64,000 bases of DNA, taken from contig CAWASW010000003.1 in the NCBI GenBank assembly GCA_963784785.1, forward strand, positions 51,216-115,215. Direction: 5' to 3'. The first letter of the stretch is position 1; each line of letters opens with the position of its first letter. The notes below the pieces were generated by a model that worked only from the letters and a program-made list of their open reading frames with translations, made no database searches and was not told the origin of the DNA. The position numbers and the translations under genes were made by a program. Source of the stretch: Candidatus Woesebacteria bacterium (GTDB lineage Bacteria; Patescibacteriota; Microgenomatia; UBA8517). Positions 19,578 through 28,751 of the stretch are shown here, one piece after another.

Positions 19578-21257
19578 TCATTGTTTCGTTCCCTTTAAAT
19601 AAACTGCTTGCCATGGACGATAATTAGAAACAAATTTTTGATTAATTAATTCCTCTCCGTTTCTTGTGACTTTGTAGTCAAAGATAACTTTTGCTCCATA
19701 TGCACGATGTTCGATTTGCTTGATTGTTCCTAATGGTAGCGTCGCATCATCAACATATAAATCTGGTCCTGGTGTAACACTCGATACAATTATTGGTTTG
19801 GATACTACCGAAAGTCTACCATCGTTCGTTCCATAAATTTCGAATGTTAATGCCGGTTTAGACAGATCAATTGTCGGCTGAATTAATAAATATGCACCGG
19901 TATCATTTTTAAATTTAAAATCGGTAGTAGGCGAGTATACAGTCGCATCGAGTCCAGGAGCAAAACCTTGCTCATAATATCCTACTCTATATGCATGAGC
20001 TCTTCTTTCGATTACAGGTAACCCCGCTGCAAGCACAGCTCTGAATAAAGTAGTAGAAACTTGGCAAACTCCACCACCGTCACCCAAGACAGTTTTTCCA
20101 TCCATAATTACGTATGCTGATTTATATCCAGTTAAACTGGACACATCTCCTAGTATGTTATTAAATGAAACGATTTCATTAGGGGATATTAATATGCCTT
20201 TAAATTTTGATTGAGCCAAATTAACATTATGTATTCTATTTGGAATAGATCCAGAAAAGTTTGAATTGCCTTTTCCTAACAGAGTATTAATTCCTAAATC
20301 GTTTATGTCTTTATTTTTAATTTTTGGTGAAGTTTTAATAACTGGTATTTCAATTTCAGAATACAGATTTTTTATATCATTTAATAATGCTGTTTCATTT
20401 ACAACAATTCCTTCTTTTGAAGGGGAAAACTCAGCCACCTTACCGTTTTCTATAATAAACACAGAATCCTGTGGACTTCTGTTGAGTTGTCTTGAAATCT
20501 CTAAAATTCTTGATTTAATTAAATCATCTGAAAATCCTCTTGGAGTCAAAAAATTAATTAAATCACCGTCATTTAATACAATTGTTATGCCGTCCAACTT
20601 TAGAGTGATATTTTTACCTAGTAACTTTTCAGCTTCCATTTTGAATTTACTAGCCTCAATTTCAGTAAGACTAACTTTCGTCTCAGTTAACTTGATTTTA
20701 ATCTTATAATTTTTATCACTTAGTAAAGAATTTAAAATGTCTTGTTTTGCAGTTTCTAAATCGATGTTAACACCGTTTTTACCAGGATTTACCATAATGG
20801 AGTTACCGATTTTTGTTGCCTTAGGGAATTCTGGCTTTGTACCAACACTCTCTGAAAGAATCAGAAGCGTTTCCAAAAGTTTGCTTTCATCGACTGACAC
20901 TATTGGATAAAGATTAACAGGTTTAAAAATTAAATTAATTTTATTTAGGCCTTGACCATAATTATAAGCTCTTTCAATTGTTTTTTCAAAGTTTATATCT
21001 GTGATGATTTCATTAGTAAGTATGAGGCTACTCTTTCCTTCTATTTCTATCTGAAATTTTTCAGCTATTTTGTATTTCTCTTTAAAATATGACAAGGCTT
21101 CGGTTTTACTCTTATCTCCTAAATAGATCCCCGACACATATATGTTTGGGTAAATTTTACCAATAAAAGGCAATATAATAACGGCCAACAGAAGAAGAAT
21201 CGTAAATGCAAAATACAGAAACAATAAATATATATTTTTAATTCGTTTCTTAGTCAT
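19578..21257 (-). CDS. VanW-domain protein
   Basis: 'GDGGGVCQVSTTLFRAVLAAGLPVIERRAHAY' is the VanW core motif. Has an N-terminal TM. Confidence 0.8.
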   Translation of the reverse strand: MTKKRIKNIYLLFLYFAFTILLLLAVIILPFIGKIYPNIYVSGIYLGDKSKTEALSYFKEKYKIAEKFQIEIEGKSSLILTNEIITDINFEKTIERAYNYGQGLNKINLIFKPVNLYPIVSVDESKLLETLLILSESVGTKPEFPKATKIGNSIMVNPGKNGVNIDLETAKQDILNSLLSDKNYKIKIKLTETKVSLTEIEASKFKMEAEKLLGKNITLKLDGITIVLNDGDLINFLTPRGFSDDLIKSRILEISRQLNRSPQDSVFIIENGKVAEFSPSKEGIVVNETALLNDIKNLYSEIEIPVIKTSPKIKNKDINDLGINTLLGKGNSNFSGSIPNRIHNVNLAQSKFKGILISPNEIVSFNNILGDVSSLTGYKSAYVIMDGKTVLGDGGGVCQVSTTLFRAVLAAGLPVIERRAHAYRVGYYEQGFAPGLDATVYSPTTDFKFKNDTGAYLLIQPTIDLSKPALTFEIYGTNDGRLSVVSKPIIVSSVTPGPDLYVDDATLPLGTIKQIEHRAYGAKVIFDYKVTRNGEELINQKFVSNYRPWQAVYLKGTKQ

Positions 21258-21280
21258 ATGTTATATGATATCATTTAAGT

Positions 21281-22645
21281 ATGGAATCAAGCCAGCCAAT
21301 AACTACTGTACAGCAGCCTCCAGCTCCAAAGAAACAGTTGCCTATAAAGATGATTGGAATAGCCCTCGGAATATTATTACTAATAATAGTAGGTTATTTT
21401 TTAACTAGTTATTTATTGCGAAAAAATTCTAAAACCACATCAGGTGGTGAGGTCGTGTGGTGGGGTTTATGGGAAGATGAAAGTGTAATCAAATCAGTTA
21501 TCTCTGACTTTGAGTCAAAGAACCCTGGTGTGAAAATAAAATACGTTAGACAATCAAAAGAGGATTATAGAGAAAGATTGACAAATGCGCTTGCAAAGGG
21601 AGTTGGACCAGATATATTTAGATTCCACAATTCCTGGGTACCTATGTACAAGACAGAATTGGACAAAATGCCTTTTAATGTATATTCAAACTCAGAGTTT
21701 ACTAGTATGTTTTATCCAATCGCCTCATCTGATTTAACTTTAGGTTCAAATATTGTTGGAATGCCTATCGAGTATGATGGTTTGTCTTTGTACATTAATG
21801 AAGAGATTTTTGAGAAGGCAGGTAAAAGCGTTCCAAATACTTGGAATGAGTTAAGGCAGACTGCCAGAGAGCTAACTGTTAAGGATCAAAATGGGACGAT
21901 TACTCAAGCAGGTGCGGCCTTGGGCCGTACTGAAAATGTAGATCATTGGCCTGAGATATTAGGATTGATGATGTTGCAAAATGGTGTCGACTTAACGAAA
22001 CCAACAGGAAAACTTGCAGAAGATGCTTTGGACTTTTTTACTATATTTTCTTCATCTGACGGTGTTTGGGATGCGACATTGCCTTCTTCAACAGTAACTT
22101 TTGCAAGCGGAAAACTTGCAATGTACTTAGGGCCATCTTGGAGAGCTTTTGAAATAAGATTACAAAATCCTAATTTGAGGTTCAAAACTGTTGCTGTTCC
22201 TCAACTTCCAAAAACTGAGGCAAATGAAGTAGATATAAATTATGCTTCATACTGGGCTGAGGGAGTGTGGTCGAGAAGTAAAAATAAGGTAGCTGCTTGG
22301 AATTTTTTGAAGTTTCTTTCGCAAAACGATAATTTGCAAAAAATATACAATCAGGCATCTAAAACTAGAATGTTTGGAGAACCTTACCCAAGAACAGATA
22401 TGTCTTCGCTTTTATTAGATCACCCTATCATAGGATCTACAATCGCTGGTGCAAAGACATCACAAAGTTGGTTTTTGCAAAGTAGAACTTGGGATGGACC
22501 AACTGGGATAAATTCTCAAATTAATAAATATTTTGAGGATGCAGTTAATTTGGTAAATACCGGTAAAGAGTCTAAAATTGCGTTAGAGCCTGTTGCTGCC
22601 GGCGTAATTCAGGTATTATCTCAGTATGGCATTAAAGTCCAATAA
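21281..22645 (+). CDS. ABC transporter extracellular solute-binding protein (family 1, sugar-type), membrane-anchored
   Basis: N-terminal TM followed by 'VVWWGLWEDE...' typical of SBP_bac_1. Confidence 0.7.
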   Translation: MESSQPITTVQQPPAPKKQLPIKMIGIALGILLLIIVGYFLTSYLLRKNSKTTSGGEVVWWGLWEDESVIKSVISDFESKNPGVKIKYVRQSKEDYRERLTNALAKGVGPDIFRFHNSWVPMYKTELDKMPFNVYSNSEFTSMFYPIASSDLTLGSNIVGMPIEYDGLSLYINEEIFEKAGKSVPNTWNELRQTARELTVKDQNGTITQAGAALGRTENVDHWPEILGLMMLQNGVDLTKPTGKLAEDALDFFTIFSSSDGVWDATLPSSTVTFASGKLAMYLGPSWRAFEIRLQNPNLRFKTVAVPQLPKTEANEVDINYASYWAEGVWSRSKNKVAAWNFLKFLSQNDNLQKIYNQASKTRMFGEPYPRTDMSSLLLDHPIIGSTIAGAKTSQSWFLQSRTWDGPTGINSQINKYFEDAVNLVNTGKESKIALEPVAAGVIQVLSQYGIKVQ

Positions 22646-23414
22646 TCAAACCTCAATTAGGTATCATAATATCTTTGATTTTAAATTAACAAAGGAAGAA
22701 ATTAATAAGTGGCAATACAAAAGAGAAAAACCAAGTATTACAGGTATTACAAGTATAAAAAGTAAAAATAGAATTGAACGGGAAAAACACTCACAAAAAA
22801 AATTAAAGATTGCAAATAGAGCTGCAACTTTAATTTCTAAAATTCCATCGGTCAAATTTGTTGGAATTACAGGATCTCTTGCTATGATGAATTCAAATCG
22901 TGATTCTGATATCGATTTAATGATTATTACAGAAAGTAATACTCTTTGGTTAACGCGTCTTTTGATACTTTTGATACTTTTGATACTTCGTATACCTTTT
23001 CGAAGAGCTGGTAAGCGAGACGAAAAAAATAGGCTATGTCTTAATATGTGGCTAGATGAGACAGATTTTGTTTGGGATAAGAAAGACAGAAATATCTATA
23101 CTGCTCATGAAATTGCACAAATTGTGCCGCTTGTTAATAAAGATAAAACTTATGAAAAATTTATTTATTTAAATCGATGGATTTTAAATTATTGGCCAAA
23201 CTCTGTAGCAATACAAAGTACACGGTACACAGTACAAAGACAGCAAAATCTAAGTACTAAGTACTATGTACTAAGTACTATAGTTGAAAGACTTGCCTAC
23301 AAAATTCAATATTGGTATATGTCCAAAAAGATTACTCGTGAAGTTATAACTCCCACTCGTGCTATTTTCCATCCAAATGATTGGGGAAAGGTAGTAATTA
23401 AGAAACTAAATTAG
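22626..23414 (+). CDS. Minimal nucleotidyltransferase (Pol-beta superfamily) domain protein
   Basis: 'GITGSLAMMNSNRDSDIDLMI' (the GS...DxD motif). Contains in-frame micro-repeats (see findings). Confidence 0.5.
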   Translation: MALKSNNQTSIRYHNIFDFKLTKEEINKWQYKREKPSITGITSIKSKNRIEREKHSQKKLKIANRAATLISKIPSVKFVGITGSLAMMNSNRDSDIDLMIITESNTLWLTRLLILLILLILRIPFRRAGKRDEKNRLCLNMWLDETDFVWDKKDRNIYTAHEIAQIVPLVNKDKTYEKFIYLNRWILNYWPNSVAIQSTRYTVQRQQNLSTKYYVLSTIVERLAYKIQYWYMSKKITREVITPTRAIFHPNDWGKVVIKKLN

Positions 23415-23469
23415 GGTCTTCCCAGTTCTCAATTTCTTGCTGAGGGAGTTTTATTTTTTTTGGTGTAAC

Positions 23470-23531
23470 AACGATAAGAACTGAGCTTACTGCAGAAATA
23501 AATATTCCGAGATAAGTAAAGCTTAATTTCT
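23470..23531. repeat. 62-bp target-site duplication (left copy) of IS1634-like copy 1
   Basis: Identical 62-mer 'aacgataagaactgagcttactgcag...gcttaatttct' at 23470-23531 and 25178-25239. Confidence 0.85.
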
Positions 23532-25177
23532 CCTGACTTCGCCAATTAAGTGCCCTGAATAAAAGATAGAAGTTTGGTATTTTTAAGAAGTTGAAGTTGC
23601 TCTGTTGTTGGTTCTGTAAATTTTGATATTTCTTCATTTGAGATTTTGTCTTTGATAGTAATTTCTTTTAAGCTTGATAGAATTTGTAGTATCTTTTTTG
23701 TGCTTTTGTTGTTTTTAATTTCTGCATATCTTGTAATTGCAAGACTGGTAAAAACAATTAACATGTGGGTTAATATTTTTTCTTTGGCTGTATGAAATAT
23801 TGGTCTAGCTTGGAGGTCTGATTTTGTGATTCTAAATGCCTTTTCAACTTGCCAGAGTTCTTGATATTTGGTAATTATTTCTGTGTTTGTTAATTCTAGT
23901 GCATTTGTAACATAACCTTTTAAGCCTTCAAGCTGTTCTGCTTTTTTAAGTTTAGCTTCATTTATTTTCCATTCTTTTTTAATTCCCTTTTCTTTTTTTA
24001 GAAATTTGTAGTTTTTAGTTAAGTTGCTTGGATTATTTAGTGCATAATTTGCTCTTTTTAATTGTTTTTCTCTGTCTGATTTGTCTTTTGATGCTCTTTT
24101 GACTGAGTAGTTGATAATTAAAAATTTAGTTTTTGTAAGTTCAAATCTTTCTGTAGAGCCATCTATTTTAGGTACACTAATTACTTTTTCAAAAATAGTT
24201 TTGTCTAAATTACCAAGTCTTGCTCCAACTATAAACTTTAAGTTTTCTTTTTCCAATTCATCTGTATTTTTCTCACTTAACATACCAGCATCTGCAACAA
24301 GAATAATGTCTTTCAAGGAATGCTTTTTGATGAGGTCTTTCATTACAGGAAGCATTGTGTGGCCTTCAAAAGTATTTCCTTCAAAAGCCTGCATATGAAC
24401 AGGGAAACCTTGTTTTGTGACTGTTAAGGAAACAACTATTTGAGGTTGATTTGATTTTTTGTCTTTTGAAAAGCCATTTTTTCTAAAATCATCTTCTGTA
24501 AAAGATTCATAATATAAAGTTGTGACATCAAAAAATAAAACTGAAATTACAGATGAAATATTTGTTTTGGCAAAATTAAATAACAAATCCTCAACTATCT
24601 CTTTGTAGCCACCATCAAAGGCTTTTTTCATGCCTCTGTAGATTTCTGTAAGTGAGTATTTGTGATTTAATTTCTCTTCAAGATAATTTCTAGTTTCAAG
24701 TTTTGAAGTTGGATTTAAAATTCTTGCAATAACAAGATCCTTAAAACAATTGTCTTTTAAGTCATTTAAACCTAAAAAATGATAGTAAAAATCAAAAAAA
24801 TTGTAAGAGACAGTATCCATTACTTTGCCAAAAGTTACCTTTGAAAGTAGCTCTTTAAGTTCAGATTGATTAAATCTGTTGTCAAAAAGTGAAATTCTTC
24901 CTTCTTTGATACGACAATCATCAATGTATTTTAAGCCTAATTTTGTAAGTTCAATTAGCTCCAACTCATTTCTTGCAGTTCCAATGTGCTTCACTATTTT
25001 TCTTCTTCCTGAAACTTTTTGGGCAACTTGAACTGATGTATTAGATTTGTTTTTGACCTTTCTTAAGTACATTCAAACCTAATTTTAGCAAATAAAACAG
25101 TAAGTGCCCTAAAGTACATAAAAATACAAACAATTAGCCTCAAGAAGTTACATAAAAACTAGGTTGGCGAAGTCAGG
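23532..25177 (-). mobile_element. IS1634-family (IS4-related) insertion sequence, 1646 bp, copy 1. Has 12-bp terminal IRs (CCTGACTTCGCC) and is flanked by a 62-bp direct repeat of the MFS gene 3' end.
   Basis: Perfect terminal inverted repeats, a long TSD characteristic of IS1634-type elements, and an identical second copy at 44410-46055. Confidence 0.75.
23546..25072 (-). CDS. DDE transposase of the IS1634-like element (508 aa)
   Basis: Identical to the ORF at 44424-45950. Large IS4-superfamily-like transposase. Confidence 0.7.
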   Translation of the reverse strand: MYLRKVKNKSNTSVQVAQKVSGRRKIVKHIGTARNELELIELTKLGLKYIDDCRIKEGRISLFDNRFNQSELKELLSKVTFGKVMDTVSYNFFDFYYHFLGLNDLKDNCFKDLVIARILNPTSKLETRNYLEEKLNHKYSLTEIYRGMKKAFDGGYKEIVEDLLFNFAKTNISSVISVLFFDVTTLYYESFTEDDFRKNGFSKDKKSNQPQIVVSLTVTKQGFPVHMQAFEGNTFEGHTMLPVMKDLIKKHSLKDIILVADAGMLSEKNTDELEKENLKFIVGARLGNLDKTIFEKVISVPKIDGSTERFELTKTKFLIINYSVKRASKDKSDREKQLKRANYALNNPSNLTKNYKFLKKEKGIKKEWKINEAKLKKAEQLEGLKGYVTNALELTNTEIITKYQELWQVEKAFRITKSDLQARPIFHTAKEKILTHMLIVFTSLAITRYAEIKNNKSTKKILQILSSLKEITIKDKISNEEISKFTEPTTEQLQLLKNTKLLSFIQGT

Positions 25178-26377
25178 AACGATAAGAACTGAGCTTACTG
25201 CAGAAATAAATATTCCGAGATAAGTAAAGCTTAATTTCTCACCTACAGCAGTTGTAATAAAACCAGCAATGATTGGACCTAAAATATAACCTAGACTTAC
25301 TGCTGATGATGAAAAACCTAAGAGGTGCCGTTTACTTTTACCCATTCTCCCTAAAAAATCAGATACTACAGCTTGTATTAGAGGATATCCAATTGCTATA
25401 AAAAGGCTAGCTAAAAACGTTATTAATAGTAACAATATTATGTTTTGCTGAAGACCTAAAAAAATCATAAAAACACCCGCGAGCAGAAATAAAAACTCAG
25501 ATACCTTCTTTTTACCTTGATATGGTTTCCACTTTGCAATGATTAGGCCAATAAATAAAGGGGGAAGCATGTATAGAGATAAAAACCATCCACCCCAAAA
25601 GCTTTCAACTGCTAACTTTTCAGTTAATACAGCTCCTGTTGTCCAAAAAAAAGAATCAATAATACCAACCATAAAGCTTAGAATAATCACTGGCCAGATT
25701 CTATAAAACAAAATTCTCCACTTATACATTTCATCTATTATGTTAATCTTTTTAACCTCGATGACTATTTTTGTCGGTTTTCTTTTATAAAATACAAATA
25801 TTCCAATAAGCGCTATTGTTGACATGACGATAGCACTTACACCCATATATTTTTCAGATCTGAGAATTATAATTGGTGCTAAAAGTGGACCTAAAAAATA
25901 GGCAAGATTTTTGAATATTCCTAGTATGCCCCATGCTGATGCGTGTAAATTATAGGGAATGTGACCTGTAACAAATTCTTGATCTGCAAAAGAAAGAAAT
26001 TCATAATATATGCCCCACACGGCCATTGAAAGTAGAAATATAAGTACTAAAGGCCATGACAAACCGAGTATAAGTAATATTGCAAATAGGATTCCTAAAA
26101 TGCACGTTATTAAAAGCATCTTAATAAATGATGTATTTCGAATTATTTGAGGTAAGATTAGATCTGCTAAAAAACCGATTGCTGAGGAAAAGGAAAATAT
26201 TATACCCATTAGCTGAGGACTTCCAAGTTTCTCGCTCATTAAATTAGGGACCCAGAATGATAATATTGAATCAGACATAAAAATGAAGAATGTTATAATT
26301 GCAAAGAGAGCAACGCTTCGCCAGATAGGATTAAATCTTCTGCACATTAATCCCCAGCCTTTAGGCTGGTGGAGCAA
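25148..26377 (-). CDS. MFS transporter. The 3' end is replaced by the IS1634-like insertion; the original C-terminus survives in the left TSD copy (ORF 23398-23637). The predicted N-terminus runs into the IS200 left end.
   Basis: 12-TM MFS-like sequence. The C-terminal 'EKLSFTYLGIFISAVSSVLIV' is duplicated on both sides of the IS. Confidence 0.65.
   Translation of the reverse strand: MLHQPKGWGLMCRRFNPIWRSVALFAIITFFIFMSDSILSFWVPNLMSEKLGSPQLMGIIFSFSSAIGFLADLILPQIIRNTSFIKMLLITCILGILFAILLILGLSWPLVLIFLLSMAVWGIYYEFLSFADQEFVTGHIPYNLHASAWGILGIFKNLAYFLGPLLAPIIILRSEKYMGVSAIVMSTIALIGIFVFYKRKPTKIVIEVKKINIIDEMYKWRILFYRIWPVIILSFMVGIIDSFFWTTGAVLTEKLAVESFWGGWFLSLYMLPPLFIGLIIAKWKPYQGKKKVSEFLFLLAGVFMIFLGLQQNIILLLLITFLASLFIAIGYPLIQAVVSDFLGRMGKSKRHLLGFSSSAVSLGYILGPIIAGFITTAVGEKLSFTYLGIFISAVSSVLIVPDFANLVFM
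25178..25239. repeat. 62-bp target-site duplication (right copy)
   Basis: See the left copy. Confidence 0.85.
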
Positions 26378-26853
26378 GTATAGTTTGTGGCATACTTGAG
26401 GGAAATGTTAAAGTACTGGCATGGTGCACACACAAAGCACAGAATTATGATTCATTTGGTATTTTTACCAAAATACAGAAAAAGGATATTACGTGGCAAA
26501 GTAGCTACAAGACTTAAAGACTTATTCTTCAAAGCATGTGAGGTTAACAACTGGTGGATTGAAGAAATTACAATATTGCATGATCATGTACATATGCTTA
26601 TACAAATCCAACCAAACTTGTCCATCTCAAAAGTTGTTAACCAACTGAAAGGTGGTTCATCAAGAATCTTAAGGAAAGAATTTCCAGAGTTAGAAGAATT
26701 TCTTTGGGGTGACTCATTCTGGTCTGATGGCTACTTTGCAGAATCAGTGGGTGCAACAAGTTTCATCCAGGTTAAAAAATACATTAAAAATCAAGTGGAA
26801 AGTATGCCACAGAAGGGGTAAAACCATGGCATTTATGCCATGTGTTTTTTATT
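26331..26853 (+). mobile_element. IS200/IS605-family element (TnpA only), copy 1, ~523 bp
   Basis: Left-end hairpin CCAGCC-TTTA-GGCTGG and right-end hairpin CATGGCAT-TT-ATGCCATG. Three identical copies are in the window. Confidence 0.8.
26387..26821 (+). CDS. tnpA: IS200-type HUH (Y1) transposase TnpA
   Basis: 'ILHDHVHMLIQ' HUH motif and the catalytic Tyr in 'SDGYFAESVG'. 144 aa. Confidence 0.9.
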   Translation: MAYLREMLKYWHGAHTKHRIMIHLVFLPKYRKRILRGKVATRLKDLFFKACEVNNWWIEEITILHDHVHMLIQIQPNLSISKVVNQLKGGSSRILRKEFPELEEFLWGDSFWSDGYFAESVGATSFIQVKKYIKNQVESMPQKG

Positions 26854-27044
26854 GATTTGTTGTTTTTCGTTAAAATAATAACACTTTCGTCCGATTACTC
26901 GGACAATGCTGAAATTGGTTGTAGAAGCGTTTACTTAGTGAAACTACCTTTTTAGGCCGAAAGTATAGTAAAATCAGTGTGTTTTAGGAGACCGAAATGT
27001 AACGGTCTCGTAATTTACACCGTTCATATTTGTCTCCTTGTTTG

Positions 27045-27300
27045 ATGAATTTACTTTGATTTTTCAATTTTGATCAGGATGTCTCGAACAAGAACATAGA
27101 CAAAGAACATCCAAAGCAAAAAGCCACCCCAATGACATAATCTCACGATGTTGTCTCGCCACTCGAGTTCGAGATAATCCCGATCGATGACAAGATCGAA
27201 CACGCGATTTTGTATGCCAAAGGGTCCACCATCTGATGAGGTAACAATCTGAATTACAAATCAGTTAATTGCAAGGCTTGCAAAATAGATAGTAAAAATA
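27045..27300 (-). pseudogene. Broken small membrane-protein gene. A 21-codon ORF (MENVLFVVGGIFTIYFASLAIN) is followed after an in-frame TGA by ~75 more in-frame codons (...FGIQNRVFDLVIDRDYLELEWRDNIVRLCHWGGFLLWMFFVYVLV...).
   Basis: Manual translation of the minus strand. The segment is not in the ORF track because it is split by the TGA. Confidence 0.3.
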
Positions 27301-27539
27301 CCTCCGACTACAAACAAAACGTTTTCCATAATCTTTCTCCTTTTAAGTTGGTTGAATAAGTAGAACTTTAAACACTAAACAAATATTCAAAATACTACTT
27401 ACCAATCATAAGTAAAAAGAGATAAACAATTCTGCAATTTTAAAGTGCAAGAAACAAAACTAAAAAAATACAAATCAGAGAAACTATAAGTAGCAAATTG
27501 AACTCTAATTTCTCAAAATTTGTATCGTAATACTAGCAT

Positions 27540-27910
27540 CATTTCATCAGTTAGTCCATGTTTAATGTCCAATTTTGTCCCAACGGCTAGCCGTTAACCG
27601 TCCGCTGGACGGTAACACGGACAAAAGGCCGTAAATACGGCCAGTTAACGGAGTCGATGGACCATCTTCCTGACACCGTTAACTACCCGTCAGGAGCCCG
27701 CAGGCGAACTGACTATAAACCCCCTTTTCCTTTCAATTGGGTTAGCGAACCCCACGAAGTGGGGTGAGCGCAAAGCTCGGCTTTGCTGTGTTAAGCGAAG
27801 CCACGCAGTGGCTGAGCGAACAAACCCGAGCGCGTAGCGCATGACCGAGGCTCCGCAACAATTCCTTCCCCTTTGACCCCTCCCTTGTTGCTCCGCACAA
27901 CAACTCAAAA
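27540..27910. other. GC-rich, highly base-paired non-coding island (candidate structured RNA of unknown class)
   Basis: GC content is far above the surrounding ~32%. Contains nested hairpins (CCGTCC-GCTG-GACGG, GGCCGTA-AA-TACGGCC, CCCCAC-GAA-GTGGGG, GCCAC-GCA-GTGGC, GCAAAGC-TCGG-CTTTGC). There is no ORF of 60 aa or more on the + strand. Confidence 0.4.
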
Positions 27911-27955
27911 ATTTGTGATAAAATAGGTTCGAGCCAAACTGTAAATACGCGCAGG

Positions 27956-28672
27956 ATGAAAATAATTTTTCTTAATTGTTATAGTGGTCATCTTGAAAAA
28001 GCACTTTTGGATTTTATTTCACTTGTGAATGAAGATGCTGACATTTTATGTTTTCAAGAAGTTTCTGTGAGTTTAGAAAAAAAGATTTCTCATATTTTGG
28101 TAAATTATTCAAAATCCTTTGAAATAGGTTTTTTACTTTCGGACTGCAACGAAGAAGCGGGTCAAGCAATTTACGTCAAAAAGGATCTTGCTATCATAAA
28201 ATCTGAAAAGATATTGCTACACGAATTAAAAATGAGGGATATTGGTTTTTTACTAAAGGTTGATATCAAGATAAAAAACAAAATATTATCTGTGGGTAAT
28301 GTGCACGGAACTGCTGCACCTGGTGATAAGAAAGATACAGATTCTAGAATTGAGCAATCAAATTTGATTTTAAATAGTTTCGAAACTAAAGGGAATATAA
28401 TAATTGGTGGAGACTTCAACTTGTTGCGCAATACACAAAGTGTAGAAGTATTCGAGAAACTAGGGTATAAAAATTTAATTAATGATTTTAATATTAAGTC
28501 CACAAGAAATAATATTGCTTGGGAAAGATTCAAAAATGATCCTGGTTTTGTAAAACAGTTTGACTCAGATTATATTTTTGCTTCAGATGGTATAAAAATA
28601 AAAAGTTTTGAAGTGCCTGATGTCGAAGTCTCCGATCACCTACCTCTAATTTTAGAGTTTGAAGTTTCTTGA
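27956..28672 (+). CDS. Endonuclease/exonuclease/phosphatase (EEP) family protein
   Basis: 'IIGGDFNLL' and the C-terminal 'SDHLPL' EEP motifs. Confidence 0.7.
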   Translation: MKIIFLNCYSGHLEKALLDFISLVNEDADILCFQEVSVSLEKKISHILVNYSKSFEIGFLLSDCNEEAGQAIYVKKDLAIIKSEKILLHELKMRDIGFLLKVDIKIKNKILSVGNVHGTAAPGDKKDTDSRIEQSNLILNSFETKGNIIIGGDFNLLRNTQSVEVFEKLGYKNLINDFNIKSTRNNIAWERFKNDPGFVKQFDSDYIFASDGIKIKSFEVPDVEVSDHLPLILEFEVS

Positions 28673-28751
28673 GGGCTTCCTCATTATCTGTTATCTCATA
28701 ATTATTATCAACAGTTGAAATAATCCTATTTGAACCTAAAATCCAGAGTAG

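Noticed and set aside
22963-22990. 9-bp tandem repeat (ttttgatac)x3 as a regulatory element
   Set aside because: It lies inside the NTase ORF and simply encodes a hydrophobic LLILLILLIL stretch. It is noted but not treated as a separate feature.
27225-27245. Hammerhead-like 'CUGAUGAG' core
   Set aside because: There is no adjacent CGAAAC or stem II/III partners. It lies on the non-coding strand of a broken small gene and is most likely chance.
27045-27300. UGA recoding (Trp/Gly) to rescue the split small membrane protein
   Set aside because: TGA clearly terminates conserved genes in this window, e.g. the CHAP protein at 3454-3456 with ATGA coupling. A pseudogene or two separate short ORFs is more parsimonious.
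27690-27908. 72-aa minus-strand ORF in the GC-rich island
   Set aside because: Arg/Gly/Ala-rich translation of GC-rich DNA with no start context or domain. The region is treated as non-coding structured sequence.
27540-27910. tmRNA, RNase P RNA, SRP RNA, cobalamin riboswitch or group I/II intron identity for the GC-rich island
   Set aside because: I could not find GGAAAGUCCGG/ACAGAAUCCGGCUUA (RNase P), a tag-peptide reading frame ending in AA-stop with a TLD (tmRNA), paired R/S P7 elements (group I), or a domain V AGC...GNRA hairpin (group II). A GCCACUG (B12-box-like) exists on the minus strand, but the surrounding consensus is absent. It is left as an unknown structured element.
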